From: Theionarchaea archaeon
GTDB lineage: Archaea; Methanobacteriota_B; Thermococci; Methanofastidiosales; SZ-28-30
NCBI GenBank assembly: GCA_018992685.1
Contig: JACVGT010000018.1
Span: forward strand, 286,578-350,577
DNA: 64,000 bases
Direction: 5' to 3'
The position numbers and the translations under genes are program-made. Shown one piece after another: positions 37,480-47,114 of the stretch (within the stretch, counting starts at the first letter, position 1; every line of letters begins with the position of its first letter). The notes beneath the pieces were generated by a model. The model worked only from the letters and a program-made list of their open reading frames with translations. It was not told the origin of the DNA and did not search any database.

Positions 37480-38127
37480 TATGTAGATTCAGGGGTATGG
37501 CTTCTTATCACGCCTCTTCTCCAATCTCAGTCATTTGAATTGATGGGTTACTCTTAGGAGGTATATACATTACAGACTCCACCGGCTTCTCCCTGGATCG
37601 CTATGGCAAGAGACGGGTTGAAATGAAGGTACTGTAGGCGGAACAGACAGTCAAATTCCATGCAAAAGTGAAGCACTATCCCTGGCATGGAATCACTGCT
37701 TTGGCTAACGCCACTGTTGCTCATCGTCCTGCCCGCGATTCACGCTAATGCGATTTCTTTACGCACAAGATCTTCCAGAGATCGTTCTTAGTGAAAAAGG
37801 ATATGACAGTGAGGAATGTCTCTGACTCGGAATCAAGAGGGGCTTCGGCTCCTTGATCAAACAAAGAGAATCCTGCGGTAACTCTCTTATTCGGCAGAAA
37901 GCGAGGAAGGACTTCTATGAAGCAATCTACAGGCAATTCCCGGGATGGCTGAAGGTGTTTTTGGCGATACAGAGGGTGGATACAACAACAGGACACGATG
38001 CCAATTTGGCCTCACTCGTCGGATCCATGTGATGCTTCTAGCTATTGTTCAGAATCTCAGGACATATACAAATGTCATTAAATTATTGAGAGGAGGGATG
38101 ATTTATCAGGCGACTCCCTTCTTCTAG
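37480..38127 (+). mobile_element. Degenerate IS5-family transposase remnant
   Basis: Frameshifted fragments TDSTGFS (about 37572), EKGYDSE (37793-37813, cf. DKGYD) and YRQF...AEGVFG...RTRC...VMLLAIVQNLRTY. Boundaries approximate. Confidence 0.6.
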
Positions 38128-38199
38128 AGAAAAGCCTTTTAAGCTCCTCTATCAATTCTAATCCAGATTGGATAACAGTAGGTGATTATGGGTGATCCC

Positions 38200-41055
38200 A
38201 TGGATATCGTAGGAATAACATTTGAAGGAGAAGCGAAAGAATACATAAACATTAATGCCATGAAAATCAGCAAATGGATAGATCCTAATTTTTCTGCAGA
38301 TGGCAGAAATCCCTCTCTAGATGTCATATTCCGTTTGACTGTTGAACATGAGTCTGGAAGCGGGGGATTCAAAAAGCTAAGGGAAATCCATGTATATTTC
38401 CGGAATAAAGACTTTGAGGATATTATTGTCGATGACGTCCCAAAAAAAGATGAATCAAAAAAGAATTACAACTCCAGTAAAAATAGAAGACTCGAGCAAG
38501 AAATTAGCCCTCTAGAGGGACTCATGCCGACGATTGCCCTCAAGAGCGTCTTGAAGGATGAGGAGAAAAAGCGGATAACAGTTATTCTTGAAGATTATAG
38601 GATAACCAACGAAACTAAAATCCAGAATATCAAGTTCTCATTAAGATCAAAGTCAAGTATTGCCTTTGTTGACAATGGATCAGACGGAAAGAAAAATCAA
38701 TGGTTCTATGACTGTCTGATCGAACCTTATCTGATTCAGACGCTGAAGTGGCAAAAGGAAGAATTTATGCCCCCAGTAGAATCGCTTGAGATATGGTTGC
38801 AAATTCCGAAAGAGCTTTATGAATCTCTATCTATAATCGATGTTCAGCCGGTGGGTCATTTCGAACAGATGTTTTTGCTTGGAGAAGACCATGCAAGGAA
38901 ATTCAGGGATGCCGGACAGCCGTTTGCACATAAAGAAACTCTCTGTATCAACTGGATATTCTCGAATGTTAGTATTTCGAGCCCCCCTGAGGAAATTGAA
39001 GTCACTTGCGGTTTGAGGCACTTCAAAGAAGAAAGTGAATTTGTTGAACGCTTCGAGAGCAATCCAAGAGATGTTATTCCTATACTGAGAGAAATTCTGT
39101 ACACCTGCAAAGTGAAAACACTCGACTTCAACTACATTATTTCTGGAGTTCGTGACGGGAACCTTAAAGAGATGCTGAAGATCTTCGACATGATGGTATT
39201 TCGAAGATATTGGGGATCAATGAAGAAGAATCTCGATCTATTGCTCCCTTTACTGGAACACTTTAGGGATATGCCATATGGAGAAGAACTGTATATGCGA
39301 TACAATGTTTTCCATGCTTTGATTGGTGTGGAAAATTCTGAGGATTTTTCCTCTAAGTTATTGACAATGCTTGAACAGGCTCGGGAGCTCGAGAATATTT
39401 TGGACCCCACCTATCTGACACTCCTACAGGATTTCACGAAAACTATAGAAATATCACAAAAATCAAAGTATAAGATTGATATCATTACTGAAATTGACAA
39501 ACTATACTATAAGTGGATTAATAATCTTGTTTATTCAGATAAATATATTCTCACTGAGATTGTACGCAACTTAAGAACTGTTGTTGAAAGAGAGTATGAG
39601 GAGAAATTATTGTTACCTGAAATTAAAGCAGAAATAAAGACCAGTCACTTAGCATTCTCAGATCAAGTTGGGTTCATGCTCACTATTCAGAATCTGGGTG
39701 CAGGAGAAGCGAGAGGAGTCTGCTCAAGATTGATTCAAAGAGATGATTACGGCATAATCGTTGGAGAGACAGAGTCGAAAGCAATTCTGATGAATCGGAT
39801 GAGGCCTTTTGAGCCGGAAGTGATGATAGAACCCAAGACTACTAGTAAGGTTACAATTTCGTATGAGATTCTGTATAAGGATGAGCTTGAGAGAGAAGCC
39901 AAAAAGCAATTTGAAGGAACATTAGACTTCATTGAAGACGACATGTCATTCAGGAAAACTGAGAATCCATATATAATTGGTGATATCGTAAGAGAACCAA
40001 GTATGTTTTTTGGCCGAGAAGAGCTTATCCAGAGTATTATCAGTGACTTTAAAGGAAAATACCAGATAAATCCTATCTTTCTATATGGCCAAAGAAGAAC
40101 GGGGAAAACTTCCATTCTATATCACCTGAAGAAGAAACTGAATGGTGAATTTGCCCCTGTATACTTCACTGCACTCGAGATTTTCGGTGAAAAACTCTTC
40201 TGTGAAGAGCTAATGGAAAAAATAGTAAAAGAACTTGGATTCACTGACATGACCACTCCCGATATTGAGGATGATTCTTTCCATGTGTTCATGGACAAGT
40301 TTTACCCCGAAATAAGGAAAAGACTGAAAGGGAAGAAAATAGTCTTGATGATTGACGAATATCAGCGGATTGATGAACTAATCGCGGAGGGCTCCTACGG
40401 GGAGAGTGTTATTGATTTCCTCACTGCCCTAATACATGATGCAGAGATCAAGACCATAATCTCCGGATTCATGCATCCCGATGAACTTTCGAGTAACAAA
40501 TGGATAGAAATGATGAGATTTTTTACAACAAAGAATGTGAGCTTTCTAAAAAGGGAGGATGCGATCGAACTCATCAAGCAGCCTACCATGAAATTGATGA
40601 GATATGATGACGCATCTATTGAAAAGATTATTTCACTAAGTGGGTGTCATCCTTATTTCGTTCAGCTAATATGTCATACAATGGTAGAATATCATAACGA
40701 AGAGAGAATTAATCTGATGGGATACAACGACATAAATAGCCATCTTTTTGACTACTTTGAGAAAGGATATAATGTGTTTGTTGACATCATCAATAACCAA
40801 ACTACCGATGATGGACGTAAAATCCTTCGTGCAATACAGAATGTCATGGAAGAAAAGAGAGAGATATCCATTCATGAGAATGATATCAAATCTTATTTAT
40901 TCAACAATAAAAAAGATATAAGAAAGGACATAGTTGAAAAAGAACTTTTTCATCTAGAGAGAAAAGGGATTATAAAAAGAAGTGCAGAACATCCAGACTA
41001 TTATGAATTTACAATAGACTTATATAGACGCTGGACTAAATGGGAGATATCTTAA
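38200..41055 (+). CDS. Large STAND-like ATPase: unknown N-terminal domain + helical + Ig-like + ATPase + wHTH
   Basis: LTIQNLGAGEARGV, ENPYIIG, MFFGRE, GQRRTGKTS, MIDEYQ, GCHPYFVQ; paralog of 33215-35713. Start 38182-38200. Confidence 0.88.
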   Translation: MDIVGITFEGEAKEYININAMKISKWIDPNFSADGRNPSLDVIFRLTVEHESGSGGFKKLREIHVYFRNKDFEDIIVDDVPKKDESKKNYNSSKNRRLEQEISPLEGLMPTIALKSVLKDEEKKRITVILEDYRITNETKIQNIKFSLRSKSSIAFVDNGSDGKKNQWFYDCLIEPYLIQTLKWQKEEFMPPVESLEIWLQIPKELYESLSIIDVQPVGHFEQMFLLGEDHARKFRDAGQPFAHKETLCINWIFSNVSISSPPEEIEVTCGLRHFKEESEFVERFESNPRDVIPILREILYTCKVKTLDFNYIISGVRDGNLKEMLKIFDMMVFRRYWGSMKKNLDLLLPLLEHFRDMPYGEELYMRYNVFHALIGVENSEDFSSKLLTMLEQARELENILDPTYLTLLQDFTKTIEISQKSKYKIDIITEIDKLYYKWINNLVYSDKYILTEIVRNLRTVVEREYEEKLLLPEIKAEIKTSHLAFSDQVGFMLTIQNLGAGEARGVCSRLIQRDDYGIIVGETESKAILMNRMRPFEPEVMIEPKTTSKVTISYEILYKDELEREAKKQFEGTLDFIEDDMSFRKTENPYIIGDIVREPSMFFGREELIQSIISDFKGKYQINPIFLYGQRRTGKTSILYHLKKKLNGEFAPVYFTALEIFGEKLFCEELMEKIVKELGFTDMTTPDIEDDSFHVFMDKFYPEIRKRLKGKKIVLMIDEYQRIDELIAEGSYGESVIDFLTALIHDAEIKTIISGFMHPDELSSNKWIEMMRFFTTKNVSFLKREDAIELIKQPTMKLMRYDDASIEKIISLSGCHPYFVQLICHTMVEYHNEERINLMGYNDINSHLFDYFEKGYNVFVDIINNQTTDDGRKILRAIQNVMEEKREISIHENDIKSYLFNNKKDIRKDIVEKELFHLERKGIIKRSAEHPDYYEFTIDLYRRWTKWEIS

Positions 41056-41076
41056 AAGAATGCTGGAGGGGAAAAA

Positions 41077-42213
41077 ATGAGCGAAAATCCTTTCAACTTC
41101 ACCAGACCTGCTCAAGGAGATAATTTCTACAATCGTAAAGAGGAAACAAAAAGAGCATTTGGATTTATAAGAAGTTCTCAGAGTTTCTCAATTATCGGTG
41201 AAAGAAGAATTGGTAAGACTTCTTTTCTACAATACATTCTTTCCGAAGGGGCATTCAAGAAGAACGATGCAGATTTCCGTGAGTGGATTATAGTGCATCT
41301 CAGTCTCGGTAGTCTATTCGAAGTCTCCAAGGAAACCCTTGTTCAAACCATTATCAAGAACATAGAGGAGAAGATCAAGATTGGAACAAAATCAGGAAAT
41401 GTCTTTGGAGAGCTCAATCAATGCATGAGAGAATTGGCACTTAAGGAAAAGAAAATAATCATTGCACTCGACGAATTTGAGATTGCTGAAAATATTCTCG
41501 ATTATCACTTTTCCTACTGGCTGAGATCTGTCCTTGAGCATCCGAATCTTCTCGCAATCACTTCAAGCAGGACTACTGTGGCAGAAATATCTCCAAATGG
41601 CAAAGCATCACCCCTTTTCAATATTTTTGGAAATTTATTCTTAGATCTTTTTTCAGAGAAAGAGGCAAGGAGAATGATCTCAGATCTGTTCTCTCGAGAA
41701 AACAAAAATATCGAACAAGAGGAAATTTCCTACTTGACTGAGTTGTCAGGAGGAAATCCGTATTTCATCCAGTTCCTAGGATTTAACTATTATGAGGAAA
41801 AGAAAAGGGAAAAGAAAGTTGACCAAATTGAATTCCAGAGCAAAATGTTTGGCCTTCTTAAAAGTCAGTTCGCCAGTTATTGGAAAAGTCTAGATGAGAA
41901 GGAGAGAGATTTTCTTGCCAATCCAAAGGGCACAAACAACCCAACTGGGCATATACTAAAGAGAAAAGGTTTTCTGATAGAAGAAAAGGGGAAGTGGAAA
42001 GTATTCTCACCTCTCTTTGAGAAATTTCTACAATCAGAGAAGGAGGAAATAATGAGAAAAAAGTACCCATTCGCAAAGATAATGTCTCTTTCAGCGCTCT
42101 TAATGTCCATATTCCTATCTCTCTCATTTTTCGTGGACGTCGATGTTATCTTGGCCACTATGATCATCATTGCAATTATCACGATACCCGTCTACTACCT
42201 CCGCGGGAGATGA
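41077..42213 (+). CDS. STAND-like ATPase, short type, with two C-terminal TM helices
   Basis: ENPFNF, FYNRK, IIGERRIGKTS, ALDEFE, SPLFN, GGNPYFIQ; paralog of 32218-33213. Confidence 0.88.
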   Translation: MSENPFNFTRPAQGDNFYNRKEETKRAFGFIRSSQSFSIIGERRIGKTSFLQYILSEGAFKKNDADFREWIIVHLSLGSLFEVSKETLVQTIIKNIEEKIKIGTKSGNVFGELNQCMRELALKEKKIIIALDEFEIAENILDYHFSYWLRSVLEHPNLLAITSSRTTVAEISPNGKASPLFNIFGNLFLDLFSEKEARRMISDLFSRENKNIEQEEISYLTELSGGNPYFIQFLGFNYYEEKKREKKVDQIEFQSKMFGLLKSQFASYWKSLDEKERDFLANPKGTNNPTGHILKRKGFLIEEKGKWKVFSPLFEKFLQSEKEEIMRKKYPFAKIMSLSALLMSIFLSLSFFVDVDVILATMIIIAIITIPVYYLRGR

Positions 42214-43124
42214 TTCGAGTGATAAGTTCGACCGCCCGACAGAATAGCTCACACCTCCTTCCACTGGTGGCAGCATTTCTGAGTGTTTCAATGTCTGTTG
42301 CTTTCAGCCGATTTTCTTTGCAAAACCTTGCTCTTGCAAGTGTCATTGGCGTGGAATGTATCTTAACCATGTTGGCGGTGATCGCAACATATTTTCTCGT
42401 TTTTTATTCAATCTCTGAGATTCTCAACTCGAATCTTGTCCTAAAACACCAACTCACGGTAATTTTCTTCTACTCAATTCTAATAACTTTTATCGGAATG
42501 GGCAATATGAAAGGGACATTTATAAAGATATTCTTATGGTTAATTGTGGCAGTGGTTTTTGCAGCCCTTTGGAAGGTGGGGATAGTGAGAATACAGAATT
42601 GGTATGTAGCTGTTCTTCTCCCGATTCTTGTATCCTCGACCATATTCTCTTTCGGCGCCTCACCTGAATTGCTCGCTGAAGACAAGAACATCTGGCTTGA
42701 AGATGTCGAGTGGAATGACTCTGTTCACGCTTGTATTTGCATTCGGCTCAAAGTTCAGGATTATGAAGCAAGTGACATCAGAATAGAAATTCTTGCTTCA
42801 AATGGGGTTGTCCTAGATGAAGGTGAAAATCCATTAGTGAAGTTTGCGAATTTGAGAAACAACGAGGAGAAAATAGTCAGATGGAAGATCATGTTCGATG
42901 GAGTGAGAAACCATTCGATTCCTCTTTATGTTGTTTGTAGCGAGAAGGTCTCCAACAAGAAGATAGAGATTTATCTTAAGCAGGATGAATGGATGATCAA
43001 AATAGTGAAACCTGGACTCTGGGAAAATATCAAAATCCTCCTGCTGAAGAAACATTTTTCTTTTGTTGTTTTCTCTTCATTCATGAATGAATGTCTTGGA
43101 GCGGTCTATGCTCCAGCCTTATGA
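42210..43124 (+). CDS. Membrane protein with C-terminal Ig-like domain
   Basis: About 5 TM helices, then a beta-rich domain (ASDIRIEI...NLRNNEEKIVRW); ATGA overlap with the ATPase gene. Confidence 0.65.
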   Translation: MIRVISSTARQNSSHLLPLVAAFLSVSMSVAFSRFSLQNLALASVIGVECILTMLAVIATYFLVFYSISEILNSNLVLKHQLTVIFFYSILITFIGMGNMKGTFIKIFLWLIVAVVFAALWKVGIVRIQNWYVAVLLPILVSSTIFSFGASPELLAEDKNIWLEDVEWNDSVHACICIRLKVQDYEASDIRIEILASNGVVLDEGENPLVKFANLRNNEEKIVRWKIMFDGVRNHSIPLYVVCSEKVSNKKIEIYLKQDEWMIKIVKPGLWENIKILLLKKHFSFVVFSSFMNECLGAVYAPAL

Positions 43125-43360
43125 GTTGAAGAGAACGTCTGGAAATCAGAGAATCTGCGGAACTTTCAACAAGAATAGGGAATCTGAAGTATAGAATTAT
43201 ATGGGGTCACAATGAATGAAGTTTATGGTTGAATTCTTCAAATTCGAGATTCACGAAAAAAACACATCAAAACCTTTTTAAACTATCTCTTCAATATAGG
43301 AAATCCTCCAAAAACACATTATTCTAAGAAATGTCTGACATTCAAGAACCAGGTGGTACC

Positions 43361-44578
43361 ATGATTCACATTTGGGATGAAACGCTACGAGATGGAGAAC
43401 AGACTCCAGGTGTCGTACTCACCAGGGAAGAGAAAATAGACCTGGCAAAGGCATTGGATGATGTTGGTGTCTCAGTTATTGTCTGTGGGTTTCCCGTAAA
43501 CTGTGAAATTGAGGCCCAGATTGTGAAAGCAATTGCAAGAGAGGGGTTGAAAGCAAAAGTCGGTGCTGTAGCCAGAGGATTGGAAAGGGACATAGACGAG
43601 TGCTTGACCTGTGAACCAGATGAAATTGTCACCTTCGTCCCAACATCCGATATCCACATGAAGTTCAAACTCAGAAAAACGAGAGAAGAAGTTGTTGAGA
43701 TGATCGAGACCGCTGTCCAGTATGCAGCAGACCACGGGATCACGGTGAATTTCGTGGCAGAAGACTCCACTCGCAGTGACTTTGACTTCCTCGTCCACTG
43801 CTTCAAGACAGCCCAAGAGTGCGGGGCCAACCGAATTGCCGTAGCAGACACGGTGGGGACAATGTATCCTACCAAAATGAAAGAACTGATAGAAAAGATA
43901 AAGGAGCATATATCGGTCCCCCTATCTGTCCACTGCCATAATGATCTGGGACTGGCGACAGCTAACACGCTGGCTGCCATAGAGGGGGGAGTAACCTATC
44001 CTCAGGTCACCATTAATGGATATGGTGAAAGAGCTGGAAATGCAGCCTTGGATGAGGTTGTCATGGGCATTGAACTTCTCTTGAAAAAGAAACACCAGGT
44101 CAACGTTGACAAGATATACGAATTGGCTCAGCTGGCTGAAAAATATATCATGGTTCCCATCCATCAGCAAAAACCGCTAGTGGGCAGGAAAGCCTTCACT
44201 CATGAAGCGGGTATCCACGCTCACGGCATTCTGAGAGAGCGCAGAACCTATGAAGTGGTGGATCCTGCTATCCTGAACCGGAAAACCCAGTTCGTCATTG
44301 GAAAACACACAGGTGACGCCTTACTGCAAGAAAAACTCAAGCAACTGGGAATTGAGAGGGACCCCAGGGCAAGGCGGCGCATTCTCAACATGGTAATTGG
44401 ATACCTGGAGATTTACAAATCTGATAAGATAGAACAGTTCGAACTGGCCAAGAGAAGCATAGAGAATATTACCAGAGGTATAACTGACAAAGAACTCGCA
44501 AAGATCATCCAGTTCATTGAGAACATAGATGTTCTGCGACAGATAGCAGGTGAAGAACCAGAGCTTCAGCTCGAATGA
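43361..44578 (+). CDS. LeuA-family Claisen condensing enzyme (homocitrate/isopropylmalate/citramalate synthase) lacking the allosteric domain
   Basis: DETLRDGEQTPG, HCHNDLG, GERAGNA, HEAGIH. Confidence 0.92.
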   Translation: MIHIWDETLRDGEQTPGVVLTREEKIDLAKALDDVGVSVIVCGFPVNCEIEAQIVKAIAREGLKAKVGAVARGLERDIDECLTCEPDEIVTFVPTSDIHMKFKLRKTREEVVEMIETAVQYAADHGITVNFVAEDSTRSDFDFLVHCFKTAQECGANRIAVADTVGTMYPTKMKELIEKIKEHISVPLSVHCHNDLGLATANTLAAIEGGVTYPQVTINGYGERAGNAALDEVVMGIELLLKKKHQVNVDKIYELAQLAEKYIMVPIHQQKPLVGRKAFTHEAGIHAHGILRERRTYEVVDPAILNRKTQFVIGKHTGDALLQEKLKQLGIERDPRARRRILNMVIGYLEIYKSDKIEQFELAKRSIENITRGITDKELAKIIQFIENIDVLRQIAGEEPELQLE

Positions 44579-44707
44579 TGCCAGGAAATGGACCCAGGTT
44601 TTCGAGAACCTGTACACCCCTTTTCTGTTCTATTGAGTGGGAATTGCCTGCTGAATGGTGATCCTGGTGATCCAAAAGCTTTTTATAACCATGCGAAAAG
44701 AGAGTTC

Positions 44708-46246
44708 ATGATTATCCAGGCACAGATCGGTGCATGTGGGACATGCATTAACTCTGATATATACAATGATATAGATGATGTGTACTTCATTTCTCATTCT
44801 CTTGCTCCGGAGAGAGGTATCCTCAAAAAGCAGCCCGTGGAGGACACACCTTCTGCTGACATTGGCATAATTGATGGACCCATCTGTCTCCAGGGGAGAG
44901 AGGAGAGTCTCCAGATAGCTGAATTGGTCAGAGAGAAGAGTAAGATCTTGCTGGGAATCGGAACCTGCGCTGTGGGCAGTCCGACAATCGGAGGGTTTGT
45001 TACAGAAGACTGTTCCAGAATGCTTCCCTTTTTCTGTCCCTTCTTGCGAACCCGGCACCCCAAGATCGAGAATCATGTGACATTTGACTACAAACTTCCC
45101 GTGTGCTCAGCAAACCAGGAAGGACTCAAGAAATTCGTCAAAGCTGTCAAAGATGATGACACCAGTTATCTGAAGTACTTTAAGGCACCAGAAGCCAATA
45201 ATGTCTCAGTCATTACAGAATCCGACCTGTGTATGGGATGCGGCACCTGTGGCATGGCATGCCCGACTCGGGCAGTTTCCTTCGTAGAGCAGCGACCCAG
45301 AATCGATCTTGACGTGTGTATCAAGTGCGGTGCGTGCTTTATCCAGTGCCCACGCAGCTTCTTTGACATTGGAGTGCTCTCCCAGGTCATGTATAAGAAT
45401 CAGGCGGATCCTCAACTGGGATTTTTCCAGAAAGCATACAGCGCTCGAACGAAGAATGAGGCCATTCAGCACATGTCCCAGGATGGCGGAATTGTCACTG
45501 ATCTCCTCTGTCATGTACTGGAAGAGGATATTGTTGATGCAGCTGTGGTATCAATTTCCCGAAATGAATGGAACACGCTTCCTGCAGTGGTTACCACCCC
45601 TGAGGAAGTTCTCCAAGCAGCGGGTACCAAATACACGGTGGTGCCCAACCTCACAGGGATAAAAGAGGCTGCGGACAGAGGGTTTGATCGCATAGCCTTT
45701 GTAGGTGTCCCCTGCCAAATCCAAGGAGTGGGTAAAACCAATGCCTATCCCCTCGGGGACAGATACTACCACTCCAAGATCGCACTGGTCATCAGTATTT
45801 TTTGCATGGAGAATTTCTTGTTTGGGAATCTCCGTTCCATTGTGGAAGGAAAGACAGAAGTTCCTTTAGACTACGTCAACAAGATGGGGATCAGCAAAGG
45901 ACGATTCTGGGTGAGATCTGTGGATGGAAACAGGTACAGGACTCCTGTCAAGTCCATTGAACCCTATGCCCAGAAAAGCTGCTCGTTTTGCCTGGACTTC
46001 TGCGGGGAATTGAGTGACATATCTGTGGGGAGCGTGGGAAGTCCCGATGGGTACAGTTCAGTCTTCGTCAGATCTGAGAAGGGTCTTACGATATTCGACG
46101 GGTTCAGAACCCAGATTGAATGTGAAGATATCTCAGAGGAGGGATTGAAGGCTATCAGGGACTTGGCTTCCATCAAGAAATCAAAGAATGCAAAACTCAT
46201 ACAAGAAAGAATGGAGAAAAAGGAGAGAGTTACCTGTTGTTTTTAG
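44708..46246 (+). CDS. FrhG-FrhB-like fusion (F420-reducing hydrogenase gamma-like + ferredoxin + beta subunit)
   Basis: N-terminal ACGTC...IIDGPIC...GTCAVG..GG, 2x CxxCxxCxxxCP, then QDGGIVT, AAGTKY, VGVPCQ, IFCMENF and SDISVGSVGSPDG. Start placed at ATG 44708 after the TTTTTATAA box. Confidence 0.85.
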   Translation: MIIQAQIGACGTCINSDIYNDIDDVYFISHSLAPERGILKKQPVEDTPSADIGIIDGPICLQGREESLQIAELVREKSKILLGIGTCAVGSPTIGGFVTEDCSRMLPFFCPFLRTRHPKIENHVTFDYKLPVCSANQEGLKKFVKAVKDDDTSYLKYFKAPEANNVSVITESDLCMGCGTCGMACPTRAVSFVEQRPRIDLDVCIKCGACFIQCPRSFFDIGVLSQVMYKNQADPQLGFFQKAYSARTKNEAIQHMSQDGGIVTDLLCHVLEEDIVDAAVVSISRNEWNTLPAVVTTPEEVLQAAGTKYTVVPNLTGIKEAADRGFDRIAFVGVPCQIQGVGKTNAYPLGDRYYHSKIALVISIFCMENFLFGNLRSIVEGKTEVPLDYVNKMGISKGRFWVRSVDGNRYRTPVKSIEPYAQKSCSFCLDFCGELSDISVGSVGSPDGYSSVFVRSEKGLTIFDGFRTQIECEDISEEGLKAIRDLASIKKSKNAKLIQERMEKKERVTCCF

Positions 46247-47000
46247 GCAATTTCGGTATCAACCAGGAAAGGAACGAATCTTCGCTTCTGGTCTGCATGT
46301 AGACTTTTCCGGGTCCCTGAAATTCTGCTACTAATCCTTCGCCACTGAATAGTGTGGATTTCAGTCCTCCAACACGCCTGACATTCCACTGGACAATGCT
46401 GTCAAACGCTACAATATGCCCCGTATCCAACACAAGCCGTTCTCCTGAGCCCATGTTCACTTCATGCAGCGCTCCGTAAGAAGACATGAACATGTATCCT
46501 GTACCTTCCAGTTTCAGAAGGAATAACCCTTCTCTGGCAAAGAAGGTCTTGGTGCCGCCAAATTTGGTGTCAACGGTCAACTGCGGATCTGAAGCCATGT
46601 AGCATCCTGAAGTGACAAAAATGGTCTCGGATTTGAGCTCACGGTAGATGACGTCACCTGATAGGGGTGGCGCCAGCCCAATAGTCCCTGGTCCACCTGA
46701 TGCCGTATACGTATTCATGAAAAAACTTTCTCCACCCAGCATGGACCGTTTCAGAGCGCCAAAAACGCCTCCTTTTGCTTCTGTTAAAAGCTGGAGATTG
46801 GAAGACATGTACACCATGGCTCCACCTTCTGCTGTAATACTCTGTCCAGATTTTAAGTGCACTTCGGCAAGAGAATAACTTGGTCGGTACAGAATCTGGT
46901 AATCCACCATCCCAGAGAATTGTTCTGCCAGGGAAGCACCACAACTCGCACAAAAAACGCTCCCTTCCGGATTCTCAGTACCACAATGTTTGCAATACAT
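46230..47000 (-). CDS. Zinc-ribbon + TIGR00266/AIM24 family protein
   Basis: MYCKHCG...FCASCG ribbon; AEGGAMV, GGESFF, SGEGLV, QTRS. Confidence 0.9.
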   Translation of the reverse strand: MYCKHCGTENPEGSVFCASCGASLAEQFSGMVDYQILYRPSYSLAEVHLKSGQSITAEGGAMVYMSSNLQLLTEAKGGVFGALKRSMLGGESFFMNTYTASGGPGTIGLAPPLSGDVIYRELKSETIFVTSGCYMASDPQLTVDTKFGGTKTFFAREGLFLLKLEGTGYMFMSSYGALHEVNMGSGERLVLDTGHIVAFDSIVQWNVRRVGGLKSTLFSGEGLVAEFQGPGKVYMQTRSEDSFLSWLIPKLPKNNR

Positions 47001-47114
47001 GAGAAGTAACCAGTCAGCATCTATTTAAACTAACCCATTTTCCTGTGAGAAACAAAGATTTATAAAACGTTCTTCGCATAACAAAAAAAGCCGCAAAAGA
47101 CGTGTGGTGGTACG

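Noticed and set aside
44588-44707. N-terminal 40 aa of the Frh fusion ORF
   Set aside because: Contains the TATA box (44675-44690); recognisable homology begins at ATG 44708.
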